From an uncultured Solirubrobacteraceae bacterium (GTDB lineage: Bacteria; Actinomycetota; Thermoleophilia; Solirubrobacterales; Solirubrobacteraceae), in assembly GCA_963702225.1 (NCBI GenBank), contig CAVPBY010000085.1, positions 6,663 through 70,662 of the forward strand: a stretch of 64,000 nt of DNA. Reading direction: 5' to 3'. Within the stretch, counting starts at the first letter, position 1; each line of letters opens with the position of its first letter. The translations under genes were made by a program, and so were the position numbers. Below are positions 60,806 through 64,000 of this stretch, piece by piece. The notes below the pieces were generated by a model. It saw only the letters and a program-made list of their open reading frames with translations. It had not been told where the DNA came from and searched no databases.

Positions 60806-62034
60806 TCACCCGAACTGCTCTTCGACGACCCGGATCGCCCGCGGCCGGGCGCGGACCGGCGCAAGCTCGGCGATCTGCGCCATCGCCGCATAGAAGCGGG
60901 TCTCGGCCACCCGGTGCACCACCATCACCATCCGCGCCGCCGCCCCCTCCGCCAACCCCTTCTGCACGACCGACTTCACCGACACGCCGTGCTCGCCGAG
61001 CACCGCCGCGACCGCCGACAGCACGCCCGGCTCGTCGGCGACCTCCAGGTAGAGGTAGAACGCCGACGACACGTCGGAGGAGATGCGCAACGACTCGTGC
61101 GCGGGCGGCACCGAGGCGGGCGGGATCATCGCGCTGATCACGTCGCCGAGCACGGCGCTCGCCGTCTGCGGTCCGCCCGCGCCGGGCCCCGACATCGTGA
61201 TCTCGGTGATCGCCGCCGATTCGACGGTCACCGCGTTGAACGGGCCGTTGACGGAGGCGAGCGGGTGCCCGGGATACAGGAACGCCGGGTGCACGCGGAC
61301 CGAGAGCGCGTCGGAGCCGACCCGCTCGGCGGTCCCGATGAGCTTCAGCCCGAGCGACAGGTCGCGCGCGTACTCCAGATCGTCGGGGGTGATCTCCTCG
61401 ATCCCCTCGTACATCACCTGGTCGATGTGCACCGGGGTCTCGAACGCGAGCCGGGCGATGATCGCCATCTTCGCGGCGGCGTCGCGCCCGGTGACGTCGT
61501 CGGTCGGGTCGGCCTCGGCGTAGCCGAGCCGCTGGGCCTCCCCCAGCGCTGTCGCGAAGTCGAGCCGGTGCGGCCCATCTCGGTGAGGATGAAGTTGGTG
61601 GTGCCGTTGACGATCCCCGACACGCGATCGATCGTGGCGCCCGCCAGCGACTCCTGCAGCACGCGGATGACCGGGACCACCCCCGCGACCGCCCCCTCGA
61701 AGCGCAGCTGCACGCCCTGCTCGCGCGCGACGTCCCAGAGCTCCTCGCCGTGGTGGGACAGCAGCTGCTTGTTCGCGGTCACGACGTGGCGACCGGCCCG
61801 CATCGCCGTCAGCAGCCAGGTGCGGGCCGGCTCGATGCCCCCCATCAGCTCGACGATCAGCTCGGAGCCGTCCAGCAGCTGCTCGAACGTCCCCGCGCGA
61901 GCGGGTGAGCACGCCGCAGAGCTCGGGCGCAGGCCGGTGATCTGCTCGATCCGCCCCGCGCGCGCAGGCAGCAGCTGGGCGAACGCCGATCCGACGGTGC
62001 CGTGGCCGAGCAGCCCGACCCGGAAGCCGCTCAT
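60806..62034 (-). CDS. hom: Homoserine dehydrogenase with ACT domain, frameshifted
   Basis: [31 protein letters not shown] and [13 protein letters not shown]. Confidence 0.96.
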
Positions 62035-62055
62035 CGCCCCCCGCCCCGGCGGCGG

Positions 62056-63333
62056 TCATCCGACGTCCCTGCTCATCAGGTCGGAGTATGTCTCCCGGCG
62101 CACGACCAGGCGGGCGCGGCCGGAGTCGCAGAACACGATCGGCGGGCGCAGCGCCCCGTTGTAGTTGTTCGCCATCGCGTGGCCGTAGGCGCCGGTGGCG
62201 GGCACCGCGACCACGTCGCCGACCGCCGGCTGGGCGAGCAGCGCGTCGCGGATGATGACGTCGCCGGACTCGCAGTGCTTGCCCGTGACGTGGCAGCGGA
62301 TGTCGGGGGCGGCATGCGCGCGGTCGGCGATCAGCGCCTCGTAGCGTGCCCCGTAGAGCATCGGGCGCAGGTTGTCGGACATGCCGCCGTCGACGGCGAC
62401 CCAGGTGGAGACGTTGCGCTTGACCGACTCGACGGTGTAGAGCGTCACCGCGGCGTTGGCCACGAGCGCCCGCCCCGGCTCGAGCAGCAGCCGCACGTCG
62501 GAGCCGAGGTAGCGGTGCGCCGCGATCGACGAGCGCGCCCAGGTAGGAGTCGATCGACGGCGGCTCGTCGGCGGCCAGGTAGGCGGCCGCGAGGCCGCCG
62601 CCGAGGTTGTAGACCGGGAAGGAGCCGAGGCCGCCGAGCGCGCGGACCACCTCGCGGAACGGCTCGACTCTGAACAGCTGCGAGCCGATGTGGGCATGCA
62701 GGCCGACCAGCCGCAGCGAGGGGATGTCCGCGAGCGGCTCGATCGCGGCGCGCGCCCCCTCCAGCGAGAAGCCGAACTTGGAGTCCGCCTGGCCGGTCGA
62801 GATCGCCGCGTGGGTCTCCCCGGCCACGTCGGGCGTGACCCGCACCAGCACGTCCTGGACGATGGCGCGCTCGGCGGCGATCGCGCGCCAGCCGCTCGAT
62901 CTCCGACGCGGAGTCGAGCACGATGTGCCCGACGCCCGCATCGATCGCCTGCCCGAGCTCGGCCGCGGACTTCGCGTTGCCGTGGAGGTAGATCCGCGCC
63001 GGGTCGAAGCCGCCGGCGAGCGCCAGCGCGAGCTCCCCGCCGGACGCGACGTCGCACCCGAGCCCCTCGTCGGCGAGCAGCCGGTAGACCGCCGTGCAGG
63101 GGAACGCCTTGGAGGCGAACAGCACGTCGCCGTCGCCGTGACGCGCGGCGAGCGCCGTCGCGGAAGGCCCGCGCCCGCTCGCGGATGTCCTGCTCGACCA
63201 CGACGTAGGCGGGGGTGCCGAACTCGCGCGCGAGCTCGACCGCGTCGCAGCCGCCGAGCGTCAGCCGGCCGCGCTCGTCGACGCGCGTGCCGGCGGGCGC
63301 GATGTGCGAGAGCTCGGAGACCGCGGTCGGCAC
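62056..63333 (-). CDS. lysA: Diaminopimelate decarboxylase, frameshifted
   Basis: FGTPAYV, ASKAF, HGNAKS, SKFG, HIGSQ, EPGR, KHCESGD and GAYG. Confidence 0.95.
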   Translation of the reverse strand: MPTAVSELSHIAPAGTRVDERGRLTLGGCDAVELAREFGTPAYVVVEQDIRERARAFRDGARRASRRRRRAVRLQGVPLHGGLPAARRRGARVRRRVRRGARAGARRRLRPGADLPPRQREVRGRARAGDRCGRRAHRARLRVGDRAAGARSPPSAPSSRTCWCGSRPTWPGRPTRRSRPARRTPSSASRWRGRAPRSSRSRTSPRCGWSACMPTSARSCSESSRSARWSARSAASAPSRSTTSAAASRPPTWPPTSRRRSTPTWARSSIAAHRYLGSDVRLLLEPGRALVANAAVTLYTVESVKRNVSTWVAVDGGMSDNLRPMLYGARYEALIADRAHAAPDIRCHVTGKHCESGDVIIRDALLAQPAVGDVVAVPATGAYGHAMANNYNGALRPPIVFCDSGRARLVVRRETYSDLMSRDVG

Positions 63334-63389
63334 GGCCGACACGATATGCGCACGGCCGCGACGCTGCGTCCTGCGCCCGACGGCCCGGC

Positions 63390-64000
63390 TCAGTGGTGGT
63401 GCGGGCCGGTCCAGCTCTGCGGCTGGCCGTTGCCCTGGCCGTGCCCGTCCGTCGTGGTCGTCGTCGACGTGGTCGCCGGCGTCGTGGCGGGGGCGGTCTG
63501 CGGCGTCGTCGTCACGTTCCACTGCTTGACCGGCGCGGTGGGCGTCGTGGCCGTCGGGGTCGTGACGGGCTTGATCGAGATCGGCCCGCTCGGGACCTTC
63601 GGCGTGGTCGTGGTCGGGATCGTGGAGACCGTCACCGTGTGGTCGTGACCGACGCTCACCTTGATCTTGCCCGGGGTGGTCGTGGTCGTGGGCGTGGTCG
63701 CGGTGGTGGTCGTCGTCGGCGCGGTCGTGACCGCGGTCGTCACCGTCGGGGCGGTCGTCGTCGGGGTCGTCGGCGTCGGCGTGTTCGTCGTCGGCGTCGT
63801 CGGGGTGCTGACCGGATAGGACTTGGAGTGCAGCGGGCCGCCCGTGTGCCGGCGTGCACGCGGGTGTGATGGACCTGGCGGTGATGGGCGGGCGGCGTGG
63901 TCGACCGCGGGGTGGTGCTCGTCACCGGCGTCCGTGCGGGGTCCGGCTGACGCGTGGCCGCGGTGGTGCACGCGCGTGTGCGCGCCGGACGCGCTGCGGT
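63390..64000 (-). CDS. 3' part of a Thr/Pro-rich low-complexity protein
   Basis: TPTTPTT-rich ORF ending GNGQPQSWTGPHHH*. Its 5' part lies outside the window. Confidence 0.55.
   Translation of the reverse strand, partial: RSASGAHTRVHHRGHASAGPRTDAGDEHHPAVDHAARPSPPGPSHPRARRHTGGPLHSKSYPVSTPTTPTTNTPTPTTPTTTAPTVTTAVTTAPTTTTTATTPTTTTTPGKIKVSVGHDHTVTVSTIPTTTTPKVPSGPISIKPVTTPTATTPTAPVKQWNVTTTPQTAPATTPATTSTTTTTDGHGQGNGQPQSWTGPHHH

Overview
The window has two parts that meet at about 8.09 kb. Bases 1-8085 are moderate in GC and look acidobacterial: an RND efflux pair, a large TonB-dependent receptor, an HD protein, a cyclophilin and a PmoA/DUF6807-like protein. Bases from about 8090 to 64000 are very high in GC and look actinobacterial (Solirubrobacterales/Thermoleophilia-like). 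This second part has many single-base frameshifts that are probably long-read errors. It carries core genes: a MoeB-CysO-CysM-Mec sulfur relay, ispH, acyl-CoA dehydrogenase, WS/DGAT, gltBD, ku, topB plus an AddAB-like pair, a SARP-AAA regulator, MarP, a PBP, an FHA protein, ParA, an ECF sigma cluster and lysA-hom-thrC-thrB. I found no rRNA, tRNA, CRISPR array, integrase or transposase. The best leads are: (1) a candidate ~100-nt three-hairpin sRNA downstream of gltD; (2) a neighbouring gene run headed by an aGPT-pyrophosphorylase-clade-3-like protein, followed by fxsA, a hypothetical, a HAD and a GH79; (3) 11-bp-phased SARP-type repeats between the SARP-AAA gene and a divergent DUF1059-like gene; (4) arrays of ~60-bp intergenic hairpins; (5) the probable chimeric junction. 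Family and taxon calls come from motif recognition by eye, not from database searches.
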